A stretch of 63,122 bases of DNA, filler included, from Octopus bimaculoides (taxonomy: Eukaryota): the NCBI RefSeq assembly GCF_001194135.2. It is 5 parts of 5 records of this genome, joined end to end, with 100 filler letters (N's around TTAATTAATTAA, not from the genome) between each part and the next. Parts side by side here need not be neighbours in the genome. Positions count along the whole stretch, not along the records: positions 40,627 to 60,866 come from NC_068982.1; positions 60,967 to 63,122 come from NW_026397510.1; 3 more parts are not named here. One strand, given 5' to 3'. The number at the start of each line of letters is the position of its first letter. The first letter of the stretch is position 1. The position numbers and the translations under genes are program-made. Of the stretch, positions 49,311-61,723 are shown in pieces. The notes beneath the pieces are model-generated. The model was not told the DNA's origin, did no database searches, and saw nothing but the letters and a program-made list of their open reading frames with translations.

Positions 49311-49916
49311 TACAATCACAATGATTGACAATACACTCAAAAAAAGCCTTAAAGCTTTAAAACTTTATTAGAAACTAATGTTGTTGACATGACCTCTTGG
49401 AAAACCAAAACAGATTGATCGGCCCAAGTGATACAAGCTGAAAGGACTTTGACGCTGATCCATTTTTGAAATGTAATAGTTAATCAGAGGTCGTCTTTCA
49501 GTAGATGTATCTAAATAGCAAAAACAAATTGGGTCTTTTTGGCTACACATACCAAAACACCATGTCTCAAAAGGGTTAAAGAAAACACTAGGACAGAAGA
49601 ATGCTCAAACTGAGCAGAGATGAACTTTGCCTTCACTTATACTTGCCAACTTCTGACAAACAAATTGTAATTATTCCTTGTTTCAACTGATCAGATTTAT
49701 GCTCAAAAACATTCTATCCATGATGAACCAGTCATTTTGTGTGAACAGATAACCATAGGGCAGTAAGATGTGATTCTACAGAGATCTGGCTGCTTTTATT
49801 TAAGTTTTGTAGTAGGTTGGGTAAAAACCATAAACAGTCTTCTGTTGGTTCCTACAAATATTCTGCAGACTTGATTCATCATACAAATTCTTTGAAAATT
49901 GGTGGCAGTCCAAAAC

Positions 49917-49959
<43 letters not shown>

Positions 49960-49965
<6 letters not shown>

Positions 49966-50170
49966 GAGAATTTACGAAAAAAATAACAGACGAAGACAGG
50001 TGGTGAAAACAACAAATGGATGTATTAGTATAACACTCGGGAATAGAGAAAGTCTTTGACGTTTTAAGCCTACGCTCTTCAAGTGAAAGGAACACAGAAA
50101 GAAACAAGGAGAGAAACAAGGAGAGAAAAAAAATATAATTGTAGTGGTCAGTGATCTATCATGGCGAATG
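49960..50170 (-). repeat. Dispersed repeat with hammerhead-like motif (copy 2 of 2)
   Basis: Minus strand TTGAAGAGCGTAGGCTTAAAACGTCAAAGAC; aligns with 24120-24300. Confidence 0.55.
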
Positions 50171-50574
50171 CCGGACAGAAGGATCACACAGGAGAACTAA
50201 GAAAAAGGGGAAATAACAAAAAAGTGGTGAGCCCAAGACGAGACGGTGTGTGTGTGTGTGAGAGAATGGTGGTGATCTTAACGTGTGCATGTGTGTATGT
50301 AGGTNNNNNNNNNNAGTGGAGGTAGAGGTAGGGGTATGTGGGTAGGCAGAGGTTGGGGTGGGATTGGCTTATGAGGGAGGGTTGACAATGAAGGGGGAAG
50401 GAGAATGGGATATAAGAGAAAGGGAGGGTGGGTATGGGAGGAGGGAGAAAGTGAGGAGAGAGAGAGAGAGAAGGGAAGAGAGTAAGAGAGAAGAGAGAAA
50501 TAGTAGGGGTGAAGAGAAGTAGGAGTGAAGAGAAGTAAAGAGACGTAGGAGTCGGAGCAGGAGAGGAGAGGCTT

Positions 50575-51460
50575 CCCTTCTGGCTATCTGATACAGTTCC
50601 CTGCTGCTCCTACTCTTCCAGGCCTGTTTCTTTGCTCTGATGGCCCTGTCTACAGTAATGCTCCACCACCATTTTACCCTAGGTCTGAAAGGGACTTTGC
50701 ACCAGCCACAGATTTGGTCTGTGGCACTCAGCAAGCTGTCATGCAGGAATTCCTAGTTGCCCTCTTTGTCACAAGTTTGTAGCTCTTCCTCCTTCTCATC
50801 AAATTTCTCAATTAGGATGTCCCTAAATCTCTGAGCACATGAAGGGTCCTTAAGCTTCCAAATCCTTCTTCTCCAGATTGGTCTGCTTCCTGGTATCCTT
50901 CTTGCCTGGAGTCTAAAGTCACTAATGACTAGTCTGTGCTGGAGGATACATTCTTCACCAGGGAGGGTCTTTGTATTTAAGAGCAACCATGCATCCTGCT
51001 GTCTGTTGAGAATGAAATCGATCTGGCTAGCAGAGTCACCTGATTAATAGGTTATCAGGTGGATGGCTGGCTTCCTGAAGTTGGTGTTGCAGATCAAAAG
51101 GTCATTTGCATGACAGAACTCCAGTAGCCTTGTTCCCTCTTTGTTTCGGGTCCCCATGAACACCATGAAAGACACCGGGCTTAACATATCTGGTGCTGTG
51201 GATTATCATCTAGTCACCTGTATTGTAAATCAGGTGGTTCATGAAGGAGCCATGCCTGGTGAAATCCCCAGCCATGAAGATGAGATCATTGTCACTCATC
51301 TTTGAGGTTGCCAGCAGAAGAATATCATAAAAGTGGTCCTTCTGTTCATTTGGTAAGCCTGCTTGTGGGGCATAGGCAGATATAATTGTAGCCATACTAT
51401 GCTGCAAGACTAGCCTGAGTTTAAGTACTCTATCAAACACTCTGACTACCTCTACGGTCT
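50575..51460 (-). mobile_element. RTE LINE fragment encoding the APE endonuclease and downstream region
   Basis: VRVFDRVLKLRLVL, TIISAYAPQAGL..KDHFY, AGDF, SQIDFIL, QHRLVISDF, RRIWKLKD, WWW. Confidence 0.9.
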
Positions 51461-51723
51461 TAATAATATTTTTTTATAAGCTTAAAGCTTATAAGCAATC
51501 ACTGTGCAATGACTAAAAAAAAATAGTCTAATATTGGGGCTCTCAGTGGAAAAGAGTATATTGTTCAAAACAGTTTGATTCGGATTTTGTTTTGTACTAC
51601 TTAAAAGTTTTCAAGCCCCTAACAGGGCTTTTCCTCAGGTTGATGGAAATTCAAATAAATATAGAGGTGCAGGAAGTCCAACATGGCTACCACCCTTTCT
51701 TCCGTTTCTCCACTTACATTTGT

Positions 51724-51783
<60 letters not shown>

Positions 51784-52589
51784 ATGTGCGTGCGTGTGTA
51801 TGCATGTGTGTCTCTGCATGTATGTGTATAATAATATAAATGATATATAAACATGTGCATATATCCATACATGTATGTACATACCTACATCTATATGTAT
51901 ATATACACGAATATATGGGTACAGGACATCAAAAAAACGTTAAACACAATGAGAAACGAAAACATAAAGACGAAAATAGAAAACAAACTTTTTTCGAAAA
52001 AAATAAATAAACAGTCTCCTTGGCATATGATAGTAACACCTCAGGTCATGGCTGGAGCACAGTCACGGCTGGAGCAGTCATGGCTGGAGCATTGCTTGTA
52101 AACAGGTGAGGGTTAGTGACAGGAAGGGCATCCAGCCATAGAGAATCCACCTCAACAACTTCTGTCTAACCCAAGCATGCACGGAAAAGTTGATGTCAAA
52201 ATGATAATGACGACAACATTGACAATAACAATGATTACATGTAGATAGCTCAATGACTATTGTGTTTATTCATGTATCATATGTACTTACATATAACATG
52301 CACATGTCATTGTGGACAATGAAACTGCAGAAAAGAAGTATCTTATGTATGCAATATTCATTGCCTGTTGTTTGTTTAGTATTGTGATTTATGAGAAAAG
52401 GAGTGCTTTGTCCAATTCACAACAATCTCTCTATAAAATAAATTGAAAATGTTCATATAGTCTAAATGAAACTAAAAGTAAATTTGAAGGTGGCTTTGAA
52501 CTTTACTGGTGTAGGTCATAAAAGTACATCAATATAAAGACAATATTGTAGAAATCAAGAAAACATGTCATTTTCTGAACAAATCATAT

Positions 52590-52990
52590 CATCATCATCA
52601 TCATCATTTAACGTCCACTTTCCATGCTAGTATGGGTTGGGCGATTTGACTGAGGACTGGCAAGCCAGAAGGCTGCACCAGGCTCCAATCTGATTTGGCA
52701 GAGTTTCTACAGCTGGATGCCCTTCCTAACGCCAACCACTCCGAGAGTGTAGTGGGTGCTTTTACGTGCCACCGGCACAAAGGCCAGTCAGGCAGTACTG
52801 ACAACGGCCATGCTCAAAATGGTGTATTTTACGTGCCACCTGCACAGGAGCCAGTCCAGCGGCACTGGCAATGATCTCGCTCAAATGACTTTTCACGTGC
52901 CACCGGCACAAGTGCCAGGTACACGAAGCTGCGGCACAAGCGCCAGGAAGGTGACGCTGGTAACGATTACGCTCGAACGGTGGTGCCATC
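52590..52990 (-). mobile_element. RTE 3' tail/UTR copy with three TTTACGTGCCACC units
   Basis: Well-preserved family tail after (CAT)n. Confidence 0.85.
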
Positions 52991-53115
52991 ACGATAGAAG
53001 TGTATACTATTCATGAATAGATATGTTAAGTTTGATCTGCCCCTCCATAGCCCTAGATAGTTGATGTTAATCTACTGAGATTTTCCCCAGTTGATTTTTA
53101 TTATTTGATGAGCTT

Positions 53116-53961
53116 AAGGTGGGAGATTTGTTTGCATGCTGGGTAAGATTCTTAGCAGCATTTCGTCTGACGTAGAGTTCTGAGTTCAAATTCTGCCGAG
53201 ACTGATTTTGCCTTTCATCCTTTCAGGGTCAATGAAATAAGTATAAGTTACTGGAGTCGAGGTAATTGACTAGGATCCTCCCCCAAAATTCAGGCCTTGT
53301 GCCTATAGTAGATAGGATTATTTGGTAAGCTTAAGGTGGTGAGCTGGCAGAATCATTAGCAAGGTTCTTAGCAGCATTTCATCTGACTCTACATTCAGAG
53401 ATCAAATTCTGTTGAGGTCAACTTTGCCTTTCACTCTTTTGAGGTTGATAGACTAAGTACCATTTGAGCTCTGGCATCAATGTATCCAATTTACCCCATA
53501 TCCCGAAATTGCTGGCCTTGTGACAAAATTTTAAATCACTGTTTGATGAGCTTTCCTGCAAAATCCATTTCTTTTTGTTTTATGTATGTATTATATTCTG
53601 GACTCTTTATGTTCTGAGTTCAAATTCTGCTGATGCTGATTTTGCCTTTCAACATTTCATGGGATGATAAAATAAAGTACAAATCAAGTACTTTCCCTTC
53701 CCCCTCAAAAATGATGGCCTTGTACTAAAATTAGAAAAATAAAAAAATGGCTGCAAGCTGGTTGAGTCATTATCATGCTAGACAAAATGCTTAGCAGCAT
53801 TTCTTCCAGCTTTAGGTTCTGAGTTCAAATCCCACCATTGTCAACTTTGCCTTTCATCCTTTCACATTTGATAAAATAAGTACCAATTAAGCTCTAGGGT
53901 TGATGTAATTGACTATCACACTCTTTGAAAATTGCAGGCCTTGTGCCTATAGTAGAAAGGA
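53116..53961 (+). mobile_element. Cluster of four same-orientation SINE family A copies
   Basis: Copies at about 53116-53318, 53334-53540, 53600-53735 (partial) and 53750-53961. Confidence 0.85.
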
Positions 53962-54083
53962 TTATATTCAGTATATTCAGTATAGTATTCCATTTGTAAA
54001 GCAACAGGATGAAGTCTGAGGGAAATTTTGAAGCTATTTTCAGCAGTTTAAGCAACCACAGACACTTTCACATTGGTTTATAT

Positions 54084-54435
54084 CAGTGGTTTTCAACTGA
54101 GGTCCACATGGCCCCTGAGTTTCCATATAAGACTTCTGGAGGGTCCAAACAACTAAATATTAAAATGGGGACCCACAATAGTGTTTTAAGGGCCCCTGAA
54201 AAAGTTTTGCTTTAGATGTATGTATTGGTACATATTGCCAGAAACAGCTAAGTTTCTCTCTAGCAAATTACATGATTCAACCTACACAAGTTAATGTTGA
54301 AAAACAAAATAAGAATTTTGAAAGAAGTTTCTATAAAACTAGTTTTTAAACATTGAATGGCTATAGGAGGGCCACCAGAATAAAATAATAATCAAAGGGG
54401 TCTGTAGATAAAAAAAAAATGGTTGAAAACCCCTG
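54084..54435. mobile_element. hAT (Charlie-like) MITE
   Basis: Ends CAGTGGTTTTCAAC / GTTGAAAACCCCTG; flanks GTTTATAT / GTTTTTAA (imperfect 8-bp TSD). Confidence 0.75.
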
Positions 54436-54963
54436 GTTTTTAAGTTTAATTGTGGCATGATTATTTAAATTCCTTTCCATGATATCAAATTTTAATAGAA
54501 AGCATGCAAATTTCTCTTCTCTTTTGCCATTTAATTTTAATTTCTTCCTTACTGCGCAAAACTCAAAATTTATTCATTGTATGCTTTTTGTTTGTTAATT
54601 TTTTTTTGTTTTTGTTTTCTTTTCTTCTCTTACATTTTTTACTGACTTATTTAGATTCATATTCCTCTTGATTTATTTAAGCAAGCTGTAAACTTAGTAA
54701 AGAGGAAGATATTTTAGATGATACATCAATTATTGTTGTTATTATTGTTGTTGTTGTTGTTGCTGCTGCCACTGCTGTTGTTGTTATTATTATTGTTGTT
54801 GTTACAAGTTCTGAGACTAGTTTATATTCGTAAATTAAAATACAAAGTTCACTAAAAGCTGTAAACATCACCAATGAAATCACAAAATTTATTACAGATT
54901 TAAAGTTATTTTCCTTCAAAAACAAACCACTCACATTTATAAATAACTTGTATGAGTTATCAA

Positions 54964-54994
<31 letters not shown>

Positions 54995-55164
54995 ATATAT
55001 AAAGAATCCAGAAATTTGCATAATATTAAAACTGCAAGTATTTTTTTCCCAACCTGATAATCTTTCTCCTGGCAACCACTGTCAGTTAACTATTGAATGT
55101 CTTGGTTAATTGATGCCACAAATAGCAGGGAGTAGTATTAATTCCTATGTTTTACTTTTTGTCG

Positions 55165-55590
55165 TTTATCTTTTATTTGTTTCACTCATTAGACTGTGGC
55201 CAAGCTGGAGCACTGCCTTGAAGAATTATTAGTTGAATGTATTGACCCCAATACTTAAGTATTTAAAGCCTGGTACTGATTCCATTGGTCTATTTTGCTG
55301 AACTGCTAAGTTACAGGGATGTAAACACACCAGCACTCATTGTCGAGCAGTGGTGGTTGTGTGTTGGTGGTGGTGGTGGAGACAAACACAGACAGACAGA
55401 CAGACACACACACACACACAGAGAGATTTATATACAATGGGCTTCTTTCAGTTTCTGTCTACTAAATCCACTTGCAAGGCCTTGGTTGGCCCAAGGCTGT
55501 AATAGAAGACATTTTCCCATGCAGTGGGACTGAACTCAGAACTATGTGGTTGAGAAGCAAGCTTCTTACCACACAGCCACATCTGTGCCT
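55165..55590 (-). mobile_element. SINE family B copy
   Basis: Full family B. Confidence 0.85.
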
Positions 55591-55769
55591 ATGTGTAGTC
55601 TAACTCAATGTACCAAACCCTACTTCAGTTAGACTTTGTCCATCATCATTTTTTGGCCATCAATAAATTAAACACCAATGAAATACCATAGATCAATTCA
55701 TTTAACTGTATTGCTTACCCTTATATAAAGAAGGATTTCATAGCTTTCTCAAGGAAGTCATAATTATTT

Positions 55770-56180
55770 GTATGTAGCTTTGTGGTAAGAAGCTTGTTCA
55801 CCAACCACACGGTTCAGGGTTCAGTCCCACTGTGACCCACCTCGGGCAAGTGTCTTCTACAATAGCCTTGGCTTGACAAAAGCCTTGTGAGTGGATTCAG
55901 AAGAGAGAAACTGAAAGAAGCTTGTTTTGTGTGTGTGTGTGTGTATAAATTTAAATGTGCACATGCACATGCATGTCAGTATGTGTTTGTGTGTGTGTTT
56001 GTTTCCCCGCCACCACTTGACAACTGGTGTTGCTGTGTTTACATCTCCATAACTTAGTAGTTCGGCAACAGCGATTGATAGACTTTAAAATAAAATAAAT
56101 ACTGGCGTTCGGCTAAAAGTTCTTCAAGGCGGTGCCTCAACATGGCTGGAGTTTAATGACTGAAACAAGTAAAAGACACA
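55770..56180 (+). mobile_element. SINE family B copy, inverted relative to 55165-55590
   Basis: Full family B. Confidence 0.85.
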
Positions 56181-57012
56181 AGATAATAGTTATTAGTCAT
56201 CTGCCATCTGGTGATAAAGGCCAGCGATTAAAATACTGGGTTACCTTATTTCACTATGAGTATTCAGTTATCAGAATGTTATCAGCGGGAGTAAACAACA
56301 GAAAATTCTGGGAAAAATCAAAGCAATTAATAATGGAAGTTATTTATCTATTTATTTATATATTTATTCATTTGTGAGTTTATTGTTTATTTATTCATCT
56401 AAGTTTTATTTCTTTTTCGTAATAATCAAATTGCTCCTTTTGTATCGTGCTGTGTTTCATTCACAGTGTAACGACAGTTTGAAGGTTTAATCCAGCAACT
56501 GGTTCCCAATACTATCTGGTCCTTGAGTGCTTTTAGCAGAGTACAATAGCCTAGGGGTAAAATTGGTGGCCACAAACTATGTGGAAATCCTACACACACA
56601 CACACACAGACACACACACACATCCTCCTCACTCAGCTTGCTCTGTAAGGAAGATGCTTAGGCACTCAGTAGGATTAAAAGACAAGGCTTGACAAAAGCA
56701 GATGAGTTCCATGAAAGTCAAAGGCACTCATATCATTTGAATTACCAAGCTTAAAGAAACACTCAGATGGAAATTTACTTCTGTACTAGATGTGTTGGTG
56801 CCCTGGCTTATGACCTAGGGAAGGAAAAGATTGGCAGAATAATTAAGGAACCATAATGGTAAAGCTGCTAAGAGAACTGCTTGCAATGGCTTTCCATTAT
56901 ATCTATTTGTAATTGTGAAAACTAATTTAATCTATTTAATGTGGGAACATTAAAAGCTGCCAAAAATAAATAAATTACTTAGTGGGTATAAATGACATTC
57001 ATCACTAATTAA

Positions 57013-57225
57013 CCCTTTAGCATTCAAACTGGCCATATCTGGCCAAAATATTCTACATGCTTTATAGTCAAACCAGCCAGATACAGTATCGCACACCTGC
57101 CCTACAATGTCCTAAAATAAGCTATCACATGAAAATCTCAAAGCTACAAGATAATCCATGATTAATTCAAAACAATGTGAGTAAATAAGCATTACATTTG
57201 ACAGAATAATCTGAATTCTAAAGGG
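57013..57225. mobile_element. piggyBac-like MITE
   Basis: TTAA|CCCTTTAGCATTCA ... TGAATTCTAAAGGG|TTAA. Confidence 0.85.
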
Positions 57226-58559
57226 TTAATATTATTTCTTGTTCTAAGTATGGTGGGTGGCAATTTTAGACATATTTTGTATTTATTCTGACTTCATCAG
57301 CAAAGCATAGCCTTCACCATACTTGTTGAAGAAGTGATGATACGATTCCCTAAATAACATACAAGACTGTACATTGGTTGTCATAGGAAAATAGAATTGT
57401 TTAAAGATTATATAATTTCCAAGATGCTGTCTGCATGAAAAATGATAGGATTTTCTTGTTATTTTCTCTATTGTTATTATTCTATTGTTATTGTTTTAGG
57501 TTTCATATAATCAACCAATTGTTTTGAGTTCTTGTAGAGTTTCAGTTTCTTGATTAAAATATACATGACATCCCAGCTGGTATGTTTATCATGTGTGTAT
57601 GGAAAAGCAGAAACAAAACAGCAAAATATTCTAAATGGAACCATATCAATACATTAAATTTCATTTTGGCATTTTAAAGAAAGAAAAAAAATATGTTGGT
57701 GAAAGATCTTTGTACATTGAAATAATTTCCCAGGAATTCTCAGGGAGTACAGTGCATCACTCAGCATAAGAACAATGTCTCTTTCTATCTGTCTGTCCCT
57801 TTGTTTATCCTTTTGGCTTACTAATAATACTACACATGTACAATAGGGTTTCAAGAGACATGAATAGATGATGATGTTTGCATGTGCTTGTTTACCCTGC
57901 TAGAAATAGAAACAGGATCAAGATTAAATTCTAAATGTGGAAGAATAGGCTGTGTACTAGAATGTTTGTAAATGCTTTTAACAGTGGCACTGTTTCAGGT
58001 ATGTGACCAAGATTCTGATGAATGTTATCTATGAGCTGAAAAATAGTCAGGCTCTAAAGAAGAAATCAATATGCCATTCAAAAGTGAACATTATAAGTTA
58101 ATTTGCTACAAAAAGAATGAGGTAGGAGTATTCTGCTATCAGAAAATTCTTATAAAAATTCTGATTGTAGGACTTTAAAATCCTAGTTGGGAATAAAAAC
58201 AAACCACTAGGAACTGATCTAAATACATTCAGAAACACAAGCAAAGCAAAGCATTGTTTTCCATTTTCAAAGAAGCTATATTATACAAAGTGTGCAGACT
58301 AAATTTTAGGATTTTTTTATGTCATGTTCTTTTAAAGAACAGCTTGATGTATTGATGAACAGTCAGCAGCATTGGAGAGCATAAAGATTAAAGTTGTGAT
58401 TGAAGAGAGGTTAGATGACATGGAGAACTGTAAGCCATCTGGATATTGGAAAAGAGTTACTTGTATCATGATGATCCACAACAGGTAACAAAATTCCAGC
58501 ATTATGACTGCTGCTCAATGCTCTGGGAACACTGTAAAGGCTGTAAGAAATGACATGGA

Positions 58560-58848
58560 TATCATAAAAAACAAGTTCCCCCAAACTGTGATGGTCTTTG
58601 AGTGTGTCTCTGGTCAGGGTGGCATCATGCTGCCCCACATTTTTGAACAGAGCCTTAGGCTAAATTCTGACACATATCTGAAGCTGCTGGAGACTGTGGC
58701 CAAACTTTGACTGGAGGGGGTCGTTGCTGGAAGGTCATATGTATGGCAACAGAATTTGTTTCCTTAACATACTTCCTGAAGGAGTTGGCAGTGGTTGTCA
58801 GAAAATTTTTATGACTTCACCTGCCCCAGTTTCTGGCCTCCGAATTCT
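58560..58848 (+). mobile_element. maT-like Tc1/mariner transposase fragment
   Basis: KFPQTVMVFECVSGQGGIMLPHIFEQSLRLNSDTYLKLLETV...YVWQQ...WLSENFYDFTCPSFWPPNS. Confidence 0.8.
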
Positions 58849-58855
58849 ATGCAAC

Positions 58856-59248
58856 GTCTATGTACTGACAGGGGGGATAACCACCACCCCACAGTGAGTG
58901 AGATCACTATACTAGCAAGTTAGCACATGGACAATGTGCTTTTTGTGGCTATACAGGTTTTTGACTCTTGTTTCTAGCAATATAGGTGCTACCCTGCATC
59001 CTCAGTCATTATAAGAGACAACTGAATTATTTCATAATTTTCACATTACCATTTTGCTGAATCATCCATAGATTCATATGGTAAATACTATATACTGACA
59101 GGTAGGACTTAGCTTAACTATAAGCAATGGAGCGATCACTATTGATGAGCTTTAATTCCAAGCGAAACTGGCTTGCTAGTATAGTGATCCCACTTGCTGT
59201 GGGGTGGTTATTTCCCGTCAGTACATAGACAATGTGCTTTTTGAGGCT
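58856..59248 (+). mobile_element. Retrozyme/pseudo-LTR-like element: inverted 60-bp segment, then a 298-bp HHR-bearing unit, then a 26-bp start of a second unit
   Basis: 58856-58919 is the reverse complement of 59172-59230; ACATRGACAATGTGCTTTTTGWGGCT is directly repeated at 58925 and 59223. Confidence 0.7.
59123..59198 (+). ncRNA. Type I hammerhead ribozyme (C3U core variant, GUA cleavage site after 59181)
   Basis: GATCACTA-TTGATGA-GCTT-TAATTCC-AAGC-GAAA-CTGG-CTTG-CTAG-TA-TAGTGATC: all three stems pair. Stem I extends further (AGCAA-TGG / CCA-C-TTGCT) across an AGC bulge. Confidence 0.85.
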
Positions 59249-59249
59249 C

Positions 59250-59420
59250 TTAATGTCCATATTTCCTGCTGCCATGGGCAAGATGGTTTGACAGGATTCA
59301 ACTAGCCTGAGGGTTGTGTTGGCCTCTAGTGTCTGCTTTGGCAAAATTACTACAGTTGTATGCCCTTTCTATGTCAACCACTTTACAGAGCATACTTGGT
59401 GATTTTTCAATGCACCATCA
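59250..59420 (-). mobile_element. Old RTE 3'-tail fragment
   Basis: TTAATGTCCATATTTCC..GCCATGGG..GATGGTTTGACAGG..GTATGCCCTTTCTATGTCAACCAC. Confidence 0.6.
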
Positions 59421-59456
59421 CTTCTAAATATATATGTATACATACAAACATACATT

Positions 59457-59508
<52 letters not shown>

Positions 59509-61259
59509 CGATGACCGTCCACTCGTGACCGAAGAAAACCATTGCCGACCTTCAGGAACATTGTGCGCTCTGGGACAAGCCTATGTTTTGCATTTGCGGC
59601 TCCATTATATATATACACACATGGATACATACTTATCTATATATACACCCCCACCCACATACATATGCATGCATTCTTTCAAACATACATGCATGCATGC
59701 ATACATACATACATGCATACATACATGCAAATAGACAAACGGATAGAAAGAAACATGAATTATAAATGTAAACGTACTTATTCTCAAATACCATCATAAA
59801 ATATGCGGAAAAAGCTGCTATTTATTGAAAACCAGAGAATGTTAACTCTAAATCAAAGACTCATAGACAAACCTAGGAATGGGTCCTGACTGGTGCATTG
59901 GGATCAAAGCTTTTCTCATCACGAGTCACTAAAGGCATATTTGAAGAATGTAAAAGCTGATATCGAATATGTGGAAGATGCAATACACAAATTGATCAGC
60001 TTGCTTTTGTTTATTCTAGTATAATTAGCTGAAAGTGTCTTACACCAAACATTTTGAAAATATCATAGAATTCTGAAAGAATGGTATAAGCATTTGCCAC
60101 CATACATTTCAGAAAGTGACAATTTGTCTATACTTTGGAAAATACCAATTCTCAAAGACAAAAATAAGTAAATTAGTTAGATATTGCTCACAAGTACAAT
60201 AAGACAAAACAAGATGCCTGTTGATAAATATTCCAATCTTAACAACCAATAACTTATTTGTAAAATAACTAGAATCTAAATAAAGATATAGGAATGTAAA
60301 TATCTAGAATACTGGAATTGTAAAGAGAAACCATCTCTATAATGATACTTTAAGTAAGAATGGTAAAAAGAAATGGACAAATAGTACAACCATGTTTGTA
60401 CGTTTACATATTTATTCTAGTAGCAACATGCATTGCACCGATATGGATAATGTATTATAAATGCAATAGGGATTTCTACTATTTGCACAAATTTTGGAGG
60501 GAATGAGTACAGTCCTTGGAATGTCTTGTATGTTCTAGGACCCTGCTTACACTTCCAGTGATTCTGAAATCCTGAGACCTGCAAGCTAACTGGGTGGATT
60601 CTGGATAGCTGGTCTAAGGGAGACAATCCCTTTTGTTTGATCTTTCTTTGTCTTTTCTTCCTCTACTTTGAAGAGAGGTTATAGACCACCAGCCATTAGG
60701 GTCTGATGAGATATTGTAAAGCTAAGTGCTTTATGGGTGTAAAACCCTGGGTAATGCCATTCATTGGGCATGAGTATCTTTATCTAAATACTCTACTGCT
60801 CTATAAATTAGAGTGTACTTTTCTTTTCGCATTTGTGATTTACTGATGATCTATATATATATATATNNNNNNNNNNNNNNNNNNNNNNNNNNNNNNNNNN
60901 NNNNNNNNNNTTAATTAATTAANNNNNNNNNNNNNNNNNNNNNNNNNNNNNNNNNNNNNNNNNNNNAATAATTATATACATAATTATAACAAGGGATTGA
61001 CTATAAGCCTCTCCACGCGCTAGAAATACACAGATCAGGTGTGGGCCCGTACACACTTGACGCCACCAGGTAAATAAATGCAGTCGACCGTGTAGTGTTT
61101 ATTTATTGGCAGTAAGTTACAGCGTACATAGATCATAATTGGGTCCCTAGATCTATGGGGCCTCATGATAATTGTCCAGCATGTCCGCGCCTTCGGACGG
61201 GCATTGTGCTCTGCATGTTACTGCAATGTATTACTCTTGTGAAGTGAAACCGTATTAGC

Positions 61260-61380
61260 ACTGACGCCAGTATCACCACAAACGCCACCGTAATCACTAC
61301 CACGGTAACCACTATCATCACCACCACTACCTCTATCACCACAATCACCACCACCACCACCACCACTAACTACTACTACA

Positions 61381-61413
<33 letters not shown>

Positions 61414-61423
61414 NNNNNNNNNN

Positions 61424-61457
<34 letters not shown>

Positions 61458-61723
61458 TCAACAACTACCATAGATCTTCTACTATTACTACTACGACTAC
61501 CACCACCACCAGTATTACTACAACAGATACTACTACTAGATTTACTACTACTACCATCACCACCACCAACAACACTACTACTACTACTACTACTACTATC
61601 ATCACCACTAGCGCACCATCACAACCACTACCACCTCAATGACAATCACCACCACCACCACCACCACCACCACCACCAGCACCAGCACCAGCACCACCAC
61701 CATCCCCATCACCACCACCACCA
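61260..61723. repeat. (ACC)n/(ACT)n trinucleotide block
   Basis: Visible directly in the sequence. Confidence 0.9.

Noticed and set aside
49390-49510. Minus-strand phase 1/1 exon-like segment (TSTERRPLINYYISKMDQRQSPFSLYHLGRSICFGFPR) faintly like the CEP104 N-terminal IEFYIS...RLGY region
   Set aside because: It lacks the conserved LGYVSL motif and has a weak donor (GTCATG); the similarity is within chance.
58861-59225. Reading the 60-bp inverted repeat as a TA-flanked MITE
   Set aside because: The right arm overlaps stems III and I of the hammerhead, and the right-hand junction sequence is duplicated inside, which fits an inverted partial copy better than TIRs.
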